Source of the DNA: an uncultured Alphaproteobacteria bacterium
GTDB lineage: Bacteria > Pseudomonadota > Alphaproteobacteria > Rhizobiales > Beijerinckiaceae
Length of the DNA stretch: 64,000 nucleotides
Direction of reading: 5' to 3'
Assembly (NCBI GenBank): GCA_963806675.1
Contig: CAWDYF010000002.1
Coordinates: 1,043,920-1,107,919 of the forward strand
Translations under genes and position numbers: made by a program
The notes under the pieces: model-generated
What the model was told of the DNA's origin: nothing
Database searches by the model: none
Seen by the model: only the letters and a program-made list of their open reading frames with translations
Shown here: positions 1 to 10,640 of the stretch, one piece after another
Numbering within the stretch: position 1 is the first letter of the stretch
Layout of the letters: each line of letters starts with the position of its first letter

Positions 1-1
1 T

Positions 2-211
2 GTCCTGATTCGCTTCCAGCCGCAGGCGAGCGCCGCCGATATCGACCGGTTTTTGGAAACCCATAAATTAAGCATCGCGGACGGCCCATCGGCGGGCGGC
101 CTCTACCGAGTGCGTGTCGCGCCAACCAAGCTTCCGAAGCTCGATCAGGCGCGCATCGTCAAGACCCTGCAGGACAACAAGGTCGTCGGCTTCATCGCCA
201 TGACCGAGTAA
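2..211 (+). CDS. 3' end of a gene truncated by the window edge; probable anti-sigma-type (zf-HC2 family) protein C-terminus
   Basis: Open frame from nt 2: VLIRFQPQASAADIDRFLETHKLSIADGPSAGGLYRVRV...GFIAMTE, TAA at 209-211. It resembles the C-terminal domain of proteins that precede S8 peptidases in ECF-sigma/anti-sigma/subtilase loci (recalled family resemblance, not searched). Confidence 0.5.
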   Translation, partial: VLIRFQPQASAADIDRFLETHKLSIADGPSAGGLYRVRVAPTKLPKLDQARIVKTLQDNKVVGFIAMTE

Positions 212-301
212 CCTTCCGATGCGGCCCGGTCGCACGCGAACGGGGGTGCGTTTGACCGAGGGCCGAAGTGGGTCTTTAATCCCGCCTCGGTGGGGGGTTC
301 C

Positions 302-1826
302 ATGAAAAGCACCTCGAGGAATTGGCGCCGCGTCGTCGCGGTGCTGCTCTCAGGTCTGCTTCTGACCGTGTCTTGTGTCGGCGGGTTAAGCCCGGCCGTG
401 GCGCAGCACCTGCCGCGGCCGCCAGCCCCTGTCATGCCCGGCGGTTATCCTGGTCCCGAACCGGGCGGCGGGGGCGACGAAACCGGACGCGATGTCGGAA
501 TAGCGGTGGGCGTCGGCGTTGGCATCGCCATTATCGGGATTCTGCTTCAGCAGTTGACCACGCCGCCTGCGCCCCCCGCCCCACCCAGTCCGCCCGGCGG
601 CGAACTCACCTACCAGCCTCCCGCCGGTCCGCAGCTCGAAACCCACCTGATTCACCACGGCAATTATAGCCGAGGCCGGCCGCCTTTTGTTCCCGACGAG
701 GTCATCGTCGAACTTTCGGCGAGCGCATCGCCTCAAGCAATCGATCAGATCGCGCGCCGCCACGGTTTGACCCGGCTCGAATCGCAAAGCCTGCCGCTCA
801 TCGGGGTCACGCTCTACCGCTTACACATCGGCAGCGGCCATTCGGTGGCGAGCATGATCGGCGCGCTGCACAACGAACATATCGTCGCGCGTGCGCAGCC
901 CAATTATGTTTTCGCGCTGCAGGAGGATACGTCGACCGCTCCGGCCGCGAGCCAAGGCGAAGCGGCCCAATACGTGCTGGATAAAATGCAGATCAAGCAA
1001 GCCCACCAAATTGCGACGGGCAAAGGTGTTCTCGTTGCCGTTATCGATTTCGGAAATTGATGCCAAGCATCCGGATCTCAACGGAACGATCGCGAAAAGC
1101 TCCGACGCGCTCGGCGGCGAAGGCAACCCGCAAGAGCACGGAACCGCCATGGCGGGCGCGATCGCCGCGCACGGCAAGCTGCTTGGCATTGCGCCCGACG
1201 CACAGCTCCTCGCCGAGCGCGCGTTCGACGACACTCCCGGCGTAGCCAAAGGCACCTCTTTTGCCATTTACAAGAGCCTGCAATGGGCGGCGGACAATAA
1301 TGCGCGTGTCGTCAACATGAGCTTTGCCGGCCCCGCCGACCCGCTGTTGCACCGAATGCTGGCGGCCGCCTACGACAAGGACATGGTGCTGATCGCGGCG
1401 GCCGGGAATGCGGGTCCTAATTCCGCGCCGCTCTACCCGGGAGCCGACCCAAATGTCATTGCGGTTACCGCGACCGACAGTCATGACGACTTGTATAAAA
1501 TGGCCAATCGTGGCCCCTACATCGCGGTTGCCGCTCCGGGCGTCGATATTCTCGCCCTCGCGCCGGATCAGTCCTACGATATCACCACAGGAACCTCGGT
1601 AGCCGCGGCGCATGTGAGCGGCGTGGCGGCGCTCTTGCTCGAACTCAAGCCGTCGCTCAAGCCCAAGGAAATTCGCGCCATCATCACGACGACCGCCAAG
1701 CCGCTCGGCTCGCCCAGCCTGCACGCCGAGTTCGGCGCCGGATTGGTGAACGCCTATCGGGCCGCAATGCTGGCGAGCGGCAAATCGGCGAAAGCCGACG
1801 ACGATCAAATGAAGCAGAAGCAGTGA
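302..1826 (+). CDS. Secreted S8 (subtilisin-like) serine peptidase, frameshifted in this sequence at about 1048-1050
   Basis: Signal peptide ending AVA|Q, Pro-rich linker and prodomain (DEVIVEL) lie in ORF 290-1060. HGTAMAG, AAAGN and GTSVAAAHVSG lie in ORF 891-1826. Removing one T from gatttcgg restores VAVIDSEID, which carries the catalytic Asp. Confidence 0.9.
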
Positions 1827-1865
1827 CCGCAAGCCGACAATTGCAAGCCGGCGTCTGCCGTTTCT

Positions 1866-4343
1866 TCACGATCCTTTTGGCTTGGCGCGCGTTGTCGCTC
1901 GCGCCGAAGCCGGATCGTCGGGCCAGGGGTGGCGGGGGTAACGGCCTTTCATCTCTGTCCTGACCGCAGCCCAGGAGCCGCGCCAGAACCCCGGCAGATC
2001 GCGGGTGATCTGGATCGGCCGTTGCGCCGGCGATAGAAGCTCAAGGGTCAGCGGCACCTTGCCTTTGGCAACAGTTGGATGGGCCGCGAGCCCGTAAAGC
2101 TCCTGCACGCGCACCGAGAGCAGCGGACCGGCTTCCGCGCCGTAGTCGAGCGGGATGCGCGATCCGGCCGGCGTCTCGAAATGGGTTGGCGCCTCGGCCT
2201 CGAGCCGGCGCTGCAGATCGTAAGGCAGCAGCGCCTTCAACGCCGCTTCGAGATCCGCCGCGCCGATCTCGGAAAGACTCGTCTTGCCTTCGACGAAGGG
2301 CGCAAGCCACGTGGCCGCGCTGGCGCGTAAAGCTTCGTCCGCTAGATCGGGCCAGGCTTCGCCTTCGCTCCGGCGCAGGAATTCGACGCGGTCGCGCCAT
2401 TGGCGCAGAGCTTTGGTCCACGGCAGGCGATCGAGCCCCGATGCGGCGATGCCCTCGGCTAGAATTAACGCTGCTTCGTGGCCATCTGGATTCAAATTCT
2501 GCTCGCTGAGGACGAGCGCGCCAAGTTTTCGCTGCTTGCGCGCTTGCACTTGGCCGCACATCGAATCGAACGTCACCTCTTCCCGTGTAACGATCGTTTC
2601 GCCGGCGAGAGATTCGATCTCGCTCAGGCTTATAGGCGCGGCCAGAAGAATGCGCGCCGCTGCGGCGCGGCCGGCGATCTCGCCAATGGCGAGATAAGCT
2701 TCGGGGGCAAGCGGATCATGCCGTTCGAGCGCCGCGGCCCGCCCGTTCGCCAGCAAAAATTCACCGGCTTTGCCGCGGGTTTTGGCAATCCGATCCGGAA
2801 AGGCCGCGGCGAGGTGACGGCCGGCTCCAGCCGGATCGTCCGGCTTGCCTGCGGCGGAGACGCCGGCTTGCTTCAGAAAAGTTTTTACGAGCCGCCGCGC
2901 GTCCTCCGCGCGCGGCGAACGGTCTTTGCGGAATCGTTCGATGCGCAGGCCGAGGTCGGGCGTATCGCCGCCGAGGCCGCGTTCGACCATCAGGACAGCG
3001 ACTTCCGCGGCAAGCTCGGCTTCCCCGCTCGCCTTCGCCGCAACGATCATGCGCGCCAGCCGCGGCGGCAATGCGAGCCGGCGCATGGCGCGGCCTTTTT
3101 CGCTCAGGCCGCCTTCGGCATCGAGCGCGCCGAGAGAGGCGAGCAGCGCACGCGCCTCCTTGAGCGCCGGTTCGGGCGGCGGATCGAGAAAGCCGAGATC
3201 GCACGCCGGATCGCGCGCGCCCCAAGCGATGCTATCGAGGAGCAGACCCGAGAGGTCCGTGCTCAGCATCTCCGGCGGCGCGAAAGCTTCGAGCGCGCCG
3301 TTGGCCGCTTCTTCCCAAAGCCGATAGCAGACCCCGGGCGCGATGCGCCCTGCCCGGCCGCGGCGCTGATCGGCGGCGGCGCGCGACACCCGCACGGTTT
3401 CAAGCCGCGTCAGGCCGCGATCAGGCTCATAGCGCGGCAGCCGCGCGAGTCCGGAATCGATCACGACCCGCACGCCTTCGATCGTCAGCGAGGTCTCGGC
3501 AATCGATGTGGCGAGCACGATCTTGCGCCTGCCTGCCGGGCTCGGCGCGATAGCCCGATCCTGGTCCGCCCGATCGAGCGCCCCATAGAGCGGCGCAACC
3601 TCGATTGCCTGATCGCGCATCGTCCCCGAAAGCAAAGCCGCGAGGCGCGTTATCTCGCCTTGCCCGGGCAGAAAGACGAGCAGCGAGCCTTGCTCGGCCG
3701 CCAGCGCCTTCATGATGGCGCGCAGCAGCGCCGCCTCGATCCGCTCGCGCGGATCGCGGCCAAGATAGATCGTCTCGACCTGATGCATCCGCCCCTGCGC
3801 CTCGATCAGCGGCACATGTTCGCCAAGCAGGCGGACGACCCTGGCGCCGTCGAGCGTCGCCGACATGACAATTAGCCGCAGGTCCGCGCGCAGATGCTTT
3901 TGCACGTCGAGAGCAAGCGCCAGGCCGAAATCCGCGTCGAGCGACCTTTCATGGAATTCATCGAACAGGACAGCGGCGACGCCCTCAAGCGCCGGATCTT
4001 CGAGAATCATGCGGCTGAAGACGCCTTCGGTAATGACTTCAATCCGCGTTTTCGCCGAGACACGCGACATGAGCCGCATGCGCAGCCCAACCGTCTCGCC
4101 GACGGCCTCGCCGAGCGTCGTGGCCATGCGTTCGGCCGCGGCGCGGGCCGCAAGCCGGCGTGGCTCGAGGAGGATGATCTTTTTGCCCTGCGCCCAGGGC
4201 TCATCCAGGAGCGCGAGCGGCACGAGCGTCGTCTTGCCGGCGCCGGGCGGAGCAACGATGACGGCGGATGCGCAAGTGCTCAACGCCCCGCGAAGCTGCG
4301 GCAGAACGGCACGGATGGGAAGATCTGCGGGATCGCCTTGCAT
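1866..4343 (-). CDS. hrpB: ATP-dependent RNA helicase HrpB
   Basis: APPGAGKTT, FDEFHERS, ATSIAETSLTI, QRRGRAGR and the HrpB C-terminus (ELLSPAQRP...YPRHPWP). Start set at ATG 4343 (MQGDPADLPI). Confidence 0.95.
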   Translation of the reverse strand: MQGDPADLPIRAVLPQLRGALSTCASAVIVAPPGAGKTTLVPLALLDEPWAQGKKIILLEPRRLAARAAAERMATTLGEAVGETVGLRMRLMSRVSAKTRIEVITEGVFSRMILEDPALEGVAAVLFDEFHERSLDADFGLALALDVQKHLRADLRLIVMSATLDGARVVRLLGEHVPLIEAQGRMHQVETIYLGRDPRERIEAALLRAIMKALAAEQGSLLVFLPGQGEITRLAALLSGTMRDQAIEVAPLYGALDRADQDRAIAPSPAGRRKIVLATSIAETSLTIEGVRVVIDSGLARLPRYEPDRGLTRLETVRVSRAAADQRRGRAGRIAPGVCYRLWEEAANGALEAFAPPEMLSTDLSGLLLDSIAWGARDPACDLGFLDPPPEPALKEARALLASLGALDAEGGLSEKGRAMRRLALPPRLARMIVAAKASGEAELAAEVAVLMVERGLGGDTPDLGLRIERFRKDRSPRAEDARRLVKTFLKQAGVSAAGKPDDPAGAGRHLAAAFPDRIAKTRGKAGEFLLANGRAAALERHDPLAPEAYLAIGEIAGRAAAARILLAAPISLSEIESLAGETIVTREEVTFDSMCGQVQARKQRKLGALVLSEQNLNPDGHEAALILAEGIAASGLDRLPWTKALRQWRDRVEFLRRSEGEAWPDLADEALRASAATWLAPFVEGKTSLSEIGAADLEAALKALLPYDLQRRLEAEAPTHFETPAGSRIPLDYGAEAGPLLSVRVQELYGLAAHPTVAKGKVPLTLELLSPAQRPIQITRDLPGFWRGSWAAVRTEMKGRYPRHPWPDDPASARATTRAKPKGS

Positions 4344-4350
4344 GAGGGTG

Positions 4351-4379
4351 AAATGGCAGTTCGGCGAGCGGCCAACAAG
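4351..4379 (-). promoter_or_regulatory. Putative RpoH (sigma32)-type promoter of hrpB
   Basis: Minus strand CTTG-N17-TGCCATTT, then 7 nt, then ATG 4343. No SD sequence. Confidence 0.35.
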
Positions 4380-4553
4380 CGCCTGCCGCGCATTCGGCCA
4401 AAGACATGGGGCCTCGGGCGCGGGATCGAGCCTCTTCTCCCGCCTGGGGGAAAGCGCTATATGCCGCGGCTCACCAGGCAATGCACGCCCCTGGAGGCCC
4501 CTCGCGCTTGCCGGCCGAGCTTACGGGAACCCAGGGGAGTGAAGGATCATCAA

Positions 4554-6500
4554 ATGACGACCGCGCAAGACAAAGCCGCGTCCGCGGTCACCAGCGGCCA
4601 AATTCCTTCACAAAATGGATCATCGGACAAAAAGGCGAGCTTGGCGGCCCTGGCGCTCGGCTCGGTCGGCGTTGTCTATGGCGACATCGGCACGAGCCCG
4701 CTCTACGCATTGCGCGAATCGTTGCGGCATACGCGATTTGAGGGTGCGACCGATTACAATGTGATCGGCACGGTCTCGCTTCTGCTTTGGGCGTTGTTTT
4801 TCATCGTAACCGCGAAATATGTGCTGTTTCTCATGCGGGCGGACAACAAGGGCGAAGGCGGGATTCTTTCGCTGATGGCCTTGGCCCAGTCGGCCTTCGG
4901 CCGCCTAAAGCCCTTCGCGCGCCGCGCCGCGCCGATCTTCTTTCTGGGCGTTGCCGGGGCCGCCTTGTTCTCCGGCGATGCGATCATCACGCCGGCGATT
5001 TCGGTGCTCTCCGCGTTGGAAGGGCTCGATGTCGCAACTCCGGTCTTCTCCGACTATGTGCTGCCTCTGACGATCGTCGTGCTGATTTCGATCTTTGCGG
5101 TGCAGAGCCACGGTACGGCGAGGGTCGCCTCCTTCTTCGGCCCGATCATGGCAATCTTCTTCGTCGTGATCGGACTGCTGGGCGCGCTTCATCTGCCCGA
5201 CGCGCCGCGCATCCTCCTCGCCTTTAATCCGCTGCGCGGCCTCGCATTCCTGTTCGGCCATGGACTCCTCGGCTTCATCGTTCTGGGTTCCGTCTTCCTC
5301 GCTGTGACCGGCGCCGAAGCCCTCTATGCCGACATGGGCCATTTCGGCCGAGTGCCGATCCAATTTGCCTGGTTGTTCTTCGTATTGCCGGCACTGACCT
5401 TGAATTACCTCGGCCAGGGCGCCCTGGTGCTCGAGCATAGATCGGCGATCGAAAATCCGTTCTTTCTTCTCGCGCCGCGATGGGCGCTTATGCCGCTGGT
5501 TCTGCTGGCGACGCTCGCGACCGTGATTGCCAGCCAAGCGGTGATCACCGGCGCCTTTTCGCTCGCCCGGCAAGCAATCCAGCTCGGACTCATGCCGCGC
5601 ATGGAGATTCAGCACAAGTCGGAGACGCAGGAGGGACAGATCTTCATTCCCAAGATCAACCAGCTGCTGCTGATCGGCGTGGTTCTCCTCGCTCTCCTAT
5701 TCAAGTCTTCGAGCGCGCTCGCCTCGGCCTATGGAATTGCGGTCTCGGGAACCATGGTGGTGACGACCGCGCTTGCTTTCGTCGTCGTCTGGAAAAAGTG
5801 GCACTGGCCGCTTTGGGCCGCCATTCCTTTCGTTTCCATCTTTGTGCTGATCGACTGTATTTTCTTCTCGGCCAATCTCATGAAAGTGGTCGAAGGCGGC
5901 TGGGTGCCGCTGCTGATCGCCTGTTGCTCGATGATCGTGATGTGGACCTTCGTGCGCGGCAATTCCCTGCTTTCGCAGAAGATGCTGCGCGACTCGATCC
6001 CGCTCAAAGACCTGATCCGAATGCTCGAAAAATCCAAGCCGACGCGTGTTCCGGGCACGGCGATCTTCCTCACCAATCAGCTCGACGTCGCGCCTTCCGC
6101 GCTGTTGCACAATCTCAAACACAACAAGGTGCTGCACGAGCATGTCTGGATCATGTCGGTGCGCACCGAAGACACGCCGCGCGTGCCCGCGGCGAATCGT
6201 TATCAAATCGAGCAGCTGTCGGATGATTTCACCGGCATCACCTTGCATTATGGATATATGGAATCGCCGCGCGTGCCGGCGGCGCTCGCGCTGCTGCGCA
6301 AGTCGGGGCTCAAATTGGACATTATGACGACCTCGTTTTTCCTTGGCCGCCGCACGATCAAGGCTGCGCCCAATTCCGGCATGCCCGCCTGGCAGGATCA
6401 TCTCTTCATCGCGCTCTCGAAACAGGCGATCGACGCGACGGAATTCTTCTCGATCCCGTCGGACCGCGTCGTCGAACTCGGCGCGCAAGTGGCGGTGTGA
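4554..6500 (+). CDS. kup: KUP/HAK/KT potassium transporter
   Basis: GVVYGDIGTSPLY, RADNKGEGG, GDAIITPAISVLSA, GAEALYADMGHFG, FFLGR. Start at ATG 4554. Confidence 0.96.
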   Translation: MTTAQDKAASAVTSGQIPSQNGSSDKKASLAALALGSVGVVYGDIGTSPLYALRESLRHTRFEGATDYNVIGTVSLLLWALFFIVTAKYVLFLMRADNKGEGGILSLMALAQSAFGRLKPFARRAAPIFFLGVAGAALFSGDAIITPAISVLSALEGLDVATPVFSDYVLPLTIVVLISIFAVQSHGTARVASFFGPIMAIFFVVIGLLGALHLPDAPRILLAFNPLRGLAFLFGHGLLGFIVLGSVFLAVTGAEALYADMGHFGRVPIQFAWLFFVLPALTLNYLGQGALVLEHRSAIENPFFLLAPRWALMPLVLLATLATVIASQAVITGAFSLARQAIQLGLMPRMEIQHKSETQEGQIFIPKINQLLLIGVVLLALLFKSSSALASAYGIAVSGTMVVTTALAFVVVWKKWHWPLWAAIPFVSIFVLIDCIFFSANLMKVVEGGWVPLLIACCSMIVMWTFVRGNSLLSQKMLRDSIPLKDLIRMLEKSKPTRVPGTAIFLTNQLDVAPSALLHNLKHNKVLHEHVWIMSVRTEDTPRVPAANRYQIEQLSDDFTGITLHYGYMESPRVPAALALLRKSGLKLDIMTTSFFLGRRTIKAAPNSGMPAWQDHLFIALSKQAIDATEFFSIPSDRVVELGAQVAV

Positions 6501-6542
6501 GCCGCCCGTTCCGTCTCCGTCCACAGCTCTGGCTGGGCTCCC

Positions 6543-6571
6543 GTGCATCGGCGCGGCGCCTTTGCTAAGGT
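6543..6571 (+). promoter_or_regulatory. Putative sigma70 promoter of mutS (possibly leaderless)
   Basis: GTGCAT-N17-TAAGGT. ATG 6578 is the 7th nt after the -10 element. No SD sequence. Confidence 0.3.
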
Positions 6572-6577
6572 TGCGCC

Positions 6578-9307
6578 ATGCAGCAGCGCGTCACAGGCGA
6601 TCCGCCGGACCCGAACCGCTCCGCTAAGGATACAAGCGGCACGGACGGCGCGGCGAAGGTCACGCCGATGATCGCCCAATACGTCGAGATAAAATCCGTC
6701 AATCCCGACTGTCTGCTGTTCTACAGAATGGGCGATTTCTACGAACTTTTCTTCGCCGACGCGGAGATCGCCTCGCGGGCGCTCGGCATCGTGCTCACCA
6801 AGCGCGGCAAGCATCTGGGCCGCGACATTCCGATGTGCGGCGTGCCGGTAGAGCGCGCCGACGATTATCTTTCGCGCCTGATTGCGCTCGGCCATCGCGT
6901 CGCGGTCTGCGAACAGATCGAAGACCCGGCTGAAGCGAAGCAACGCGGCGGCCAATCCGTCGTCAAGCGCGACGTCGTGCGGTTGGTGACGCCGGGCACG
7001 ATCACCGAAGAAAAGCTCCTCGATCCCGCTCGCGCCAACTCGCTTGTCGCCATCGTAAGGCTGCGCCATTCGGAGACCGAATCGATCTTTGGCCTCGCCA
7101 GCGTCGATATTTCGACCGGCGTATTCAACGTCACCGAAGTCACTGAAGCAGCCCTCGGCGCGGAGATCACCCGTATCGACGCAGCCGAAATCGTCGCGCC
7201 GGAGGGGCTTTGCACGGATGCGAGTTTTGCGCGGTTGATCGGCGAGATGAATGTTCCGCTGACGCCGATCGGCCGCGACGCAAGCGATCCTGCCGCAGCG
7301 GAACGGCGGCTCACGGATTATTTCGGGCTAGCGACGCTCGACAGTCTCGGGGCCTTCTCGCGCGCCGAAATCGCCGCCGCGGCGCTCGCGATCTTCTACG
7401 TCGAGCGCACGCAGCGCGGCGCACGCCCCGCGCTGAGCCTGCCTGCTCGTACGCGATTCGAAGCGCATATGGAGATCGACGCGGCAACGCGCGCCAATCT
7501 TGAATTGACCCGCACCCTATCGGGCGGGCGCGAGGGATCCTTGCTCGCCGCGATCGATCTCACCGTCACGCCCGGCGGCGGCCGGCTTCTTGCGCAGCGT
7601 CTCGCCGGTCCGCTTACCGACGAAGACGAGATCGAGCGCAGGCTCGATACGGTCGACTTTCTGCGCGAGGATCGAGGCCTGCGCGACGACCTGCGCGCGC
7701 GCCTCAAGGCCGCGCCCGATCTTGCGAGGCCGCTCTCCCGTCTCGCGCTGCAAAGGAGCGGCCCGCGCGATCTGGCCGCGCTTGGCGACGGACTTTCGGC
7801 CGCCGCCCAAATCGCAGCGCGGCTCGCCGCGACGGCGGACCTGCCCGCCGATCTTCTTGCCGCGGCAAAGCAAGCAGCGGCAGTCGATCCGACGGTCGCA
7901 TCGGTACTCTCCGATGCGCTCGCCATCGACCTGCCGCTGAAGATCCGCGACGGCAACTTCATTCGCACCGGTTATGACGCCGGCCTCGACGAGAGCCGGG
8001 CTCTGCGCGACGAAAGCCGCCGGGTGATTGCCGAATTGCAGGCGCGCTATTGCGAGCTTGCGCAGACCCGCCAGCTGAAGGTCAAACATAATAATTTTCT
8101 CGGCTTCTTCATCGAAGTTCCACAGGCGCAGGGCGAAAGGCTCTTGAAGCCGCCGTTCAATGCTACATTCGTGCATCGCCAGACGATGGCGGATGCGATG
8201 CGCTTCTCGACCGCCGAACTTGCCGAACTGGAAGCAAAGATTTCCACCGCCGCCGATTCCGCGCTCGCCCGCGAATGCGAGATATTCGATCGGCTTGCGG
8301 CCAAAGTCCTTGCCGGGGAGCGGTCCATAAAAGCCGCGGCGGATGGCTTGGCGGCCATCGACGTCACCGCCGCGCTCGCCGAAATCGCCGCTCAGCGCAA
8401 TTGGACGCGGCCCGAGATCGACGTTTCGCTCGCCTTCGTCGTCGAAGCGGGGCGCCATCCGGTCGTCGAGGCGGCGCTGGCCTCGGCGGGCAAGCCCTTC
8501 GTCGCCAACGATTGCGATCTCTCGGGCGGCGAGTCCGGCCGCATCGCCGTCGTGACCGGCCCGAATATGGCCGGCAAATCGACCTACCTGCGGCAGAACG
8601 CATTGATCGCCGTGCTGGCGCAGATGGGATCCTTCGTCCCCGCGGCGCGCTGCAAGCTCGGCATCGTCGATCGGCTGTTCTCGCGGGTCGGGGCAGCGGA
8701 CGATCTCGCGCGCGGCCGCTCGACCTTCATGGTCGAAATGGTCGAGACCGCTGCGATTCTCAACCAGGCGACGCAACGATCGCTGGTCATCCTCGACGAG
8801 ATCGGCCGCGGCACCGCCACGTTCGACGGGCTCGCCATCGCCTGGGCGGTGATGGAACACCTGCACGAGAAAAATCGCGCGCGGGCGCTGTTCGCAACCC
8901 ATTTCCATGAACTGACGCATCTCGCCAAGCATCTGCGCCGCATCCTCAATCTCACCATCCGCGTGGCGGATTGGAAGGGCGACGTCGTCTTCCTGCACGA
9001 AATCGTCAAGGGCGCGGCGGACAAGTCCTACGGCATTCAGGTGGCGAAGCTCGCCGGCCTCCCCGCCGCAGTCGTGCAGCGCGCGCAAATGCTGCTGGCC
9101 GAATTCGAAGCCGGCGATCGAAAGAAGCCCGTCGAGCGGCTCGTCACCGATCTGCCGCTCTTCGCGGCGGCGAGCGCCTCACCCGAAGCGTCGCCCGCCT
9201 CGAAGCTCGCCGCCACGCTCGATGCGATCGACCCCGACGAATTGACGCCGCGCGAGGCGCTCGAAGCGCTCTATAAATTGAAGGCTGTGCGAGCCGAAAA
9301 GGATTAA
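6578..9307 (+). CDS. mutS: DNA mismatch repair protein MutS
   Basis: [45 protein letters not shown]. Confidence 0.98.
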   Translation: MQQRVTGDPPDPNRSAKDTSGTDGAAKVTPMIAQYVEIKSVNPDCLLFYRMGDFYELFFADAEIASRALGIVLTKRGKHLGRDIPMCGVPVERADDYLSRLIALGHRVAVCEQIEDPAEAKQRGGQSVVKRDVVRLVTPGTITEEKLLDPARANSLVAIVRLRHSETESIFGLASVDISTGVFNVTEVTEAALGAEITRIDAAEIVAPEGLCTDASFARLIGEMNVPLTPIGRDASDPAAAERRLTDYFGLATLDSLGAFSRAEIAAAALAIFYVERTQRGARPALSLPARTRFEAHMEIDAATRANLELTRTLSGGREGSLLAAIDLTVTPGGGRLLAQRLAGPLTDEDEIERRLDTVDFLREDRGLRDDLRARLKAAPDLARPLSRLALQRSGPRDLAALGDGLSAAAQIAARLAATADLPADLLAAAKQAAAVDPTVASVLSDALAIDLPLKIRDGNFIRTGYDAGLDESRALRDESRRVIAELQARYCELAQTRQLKVKHNNFLGFFIEVPQAQGERLLKPPFNATFVHRQTMADAMRFSTAELAELEAKISTAADSALARECEIFDRLAAKVLAGERSIKAAADGLAAIDVTAALAEIAAQRNWTRPEIDVSLAFVVEAGRHPVVEAALASAGKPFVANDCDLSGGESGRIAVVTGPNMAGKSTYLRQNALIAVLAQMGSFVPAARCKLGIVDRLFSRVGAADDLARGRSTFMVEMVETAAILNQATQRSLVILDEIGRGTATFDGLAIAWAVMEHLHEKNRARALFATHFHELTHLAKHLRRILNLTIRVADWKGDVVFLHEIVKGAADKSYGIQVAKLAGLPAAVVQRAQMLLAEFEAGDRKKPVERLVTDLPLFAAASASPEASPASKLAATLDAIDPDELTPREALEALYKLKAVRAEKD

Positions 9308-9313
9308 GCCTCG

Positions 9314-10414
9314 TCAGCGCGCGCGCAAAAGCCGCCCGACGAGCTTCGAGGTATAATCGACCATCGGCACGATGCGCGCGTAGTTGAGCCGCGTCGGGCC
9401 GATGACGCCGAGTACCCCGACGATCCTTCGCTGCTCGTCGTGGAACGGCGCGGCGATCATCGACGAGCCGGAGAGCGAGAAGAGCTTGTTCTCCGAGCCG
9501 ATAAAGATGCGCACGCCCTCGCCGCCCTCGGCTCTGTTCAGAAGATCGATGACGTCCTTCTGAGTTTCGAGATCGCCGAAGAGAAGACGGATTCGCTCGA
9601 GGTCTTCGCGCGCAGTCAGATTCTCCAGCAGATTGGCCTGCCCGCGGACGATGAGGTGCTGGCCTTCGCTGGCGTTCTCGACCCAGCTTGCGAGCCCGGC
9701 TTTCACAAGCCGCGCCGTCAGCTCGCCGAGTTCCGCTTCGGCGATTGCAAGCGTCTTTTCGATTGCCGCCCTGGTCTCTTCGATCGTGCGCCCGCTGATC
9801 CGCAGGTTGAGGTAATTGGCCGCCTCGATCAAAGCGGAAGCGGGCAGGTCGCGCGGCGTCTGCACGATTCGGTTCTCAACCGAACCGTCGGCTGCGACCA
9901 GGATTGCGAGAGCGCGTTCCGGATCGAGGCGGACGAATTCGACCTGTTTGAGCCTGGGATTTTCCTTCGTCGTCACCACCACGCCGGCGCTGCGGGTCAG
10001 CCCCGACAAGGTGCTCATCGCCTCGCTCAACAGGTTTTCAAGCGCCTGCTCCTTCGAGGCCGCGCGTATCTGCGCCTCGATCTGGGCGCGCTCGTCTTGC
10101 CCTATGTCGCCGATTTCAAGCATCGCATCGACGAAGAAACGCAGCCCAAGCTCGGTCGGCAAGCGGCCGGCGCTGGTGTGCGGCGCATAGATCAGTCCCA
10201 GCTCCTCGAGGTCCTGCATGACGTTGCGGACGGAGGCCGGCGACAGCGTCATGGGCAAGAGACGCGCAAGCTGCCGCGAGCCGACCGGCTCGCCATGGGC
10301 GAGATAGGATTCGACGATGTGCCGAAAAATCTCGCGCGGCCGCTCGTTGAGACGGCTGAGGGCGCTCACGTCGAACTGGCCCGAGCGGTATGGATTGTCG
10401 AAAGGCTCCGTCAT
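9314..10414 (-). CDS. hrcA: Heat-inducible transcription repressor HrcA
   Basis: [40 protein letters not shown]. Start set at ATG 10414. Confidence 0.95.
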   Translation of the reverse strand: MTEPFDNPYRSGQFDVSALSRLNERPREIFRHIVESYLAHGEPVGSRQLARLLPMTLSPASVRNVMQDLEELGLIYAPHTSAGRLPTELGLRFFVDAMLEIGDIGQDERAQIEAQIRAASKEQALENLLSEAMSTLSGLTRSAGVVVTTKENPRLKQVEFVRLDPERALAILVAADGSVENRIVQTPRDLPASALIEAANYLNLRISGRTIEETRAAIEKTLAIAEAELGELTARLVKAGLASWVENASEGQHLIVRGQANLLENLTAREDLERIRLLFGDLETQKDVIDLLNRAEGGEGVRIFIGSENKLFSLSGSSMIAAPFHDEQRRIVGVLGVIGPTRLNYARIVPMVDYTSKLVGRLLRAR

Positions 10415-10421
10415 GCCAATA

Positions 10422-10450
10422 ACATGGCGGTGACGAGGCCCCGACGCAAG
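10422..10450 (-). promoter_or_regulatory. Putative RpoH-type promoter of hrcA
   Basis: Minus strand CTTG-N17-CGCCATGT, then 7 nt, then ATG 10414. Confidence 0.45.
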
Positions 10451-10640
10451 CGGCCACCTGCGGCCGCCGGCCGGCGTCAGGTCCGGGAAAGATTCCTCAA
10501 TTCTCATGCCGCGCGGCGCAGCTTCGGTCGGATGACACCCGTTCAGGCGACCGGCACGAGCATAGCGCCGGAGCAGCATTGCCCATGGAGCAGACCGACC
10601 TCGCCCCAACGCGCGCCGCCGCCCACGCGGATATCGTTGC

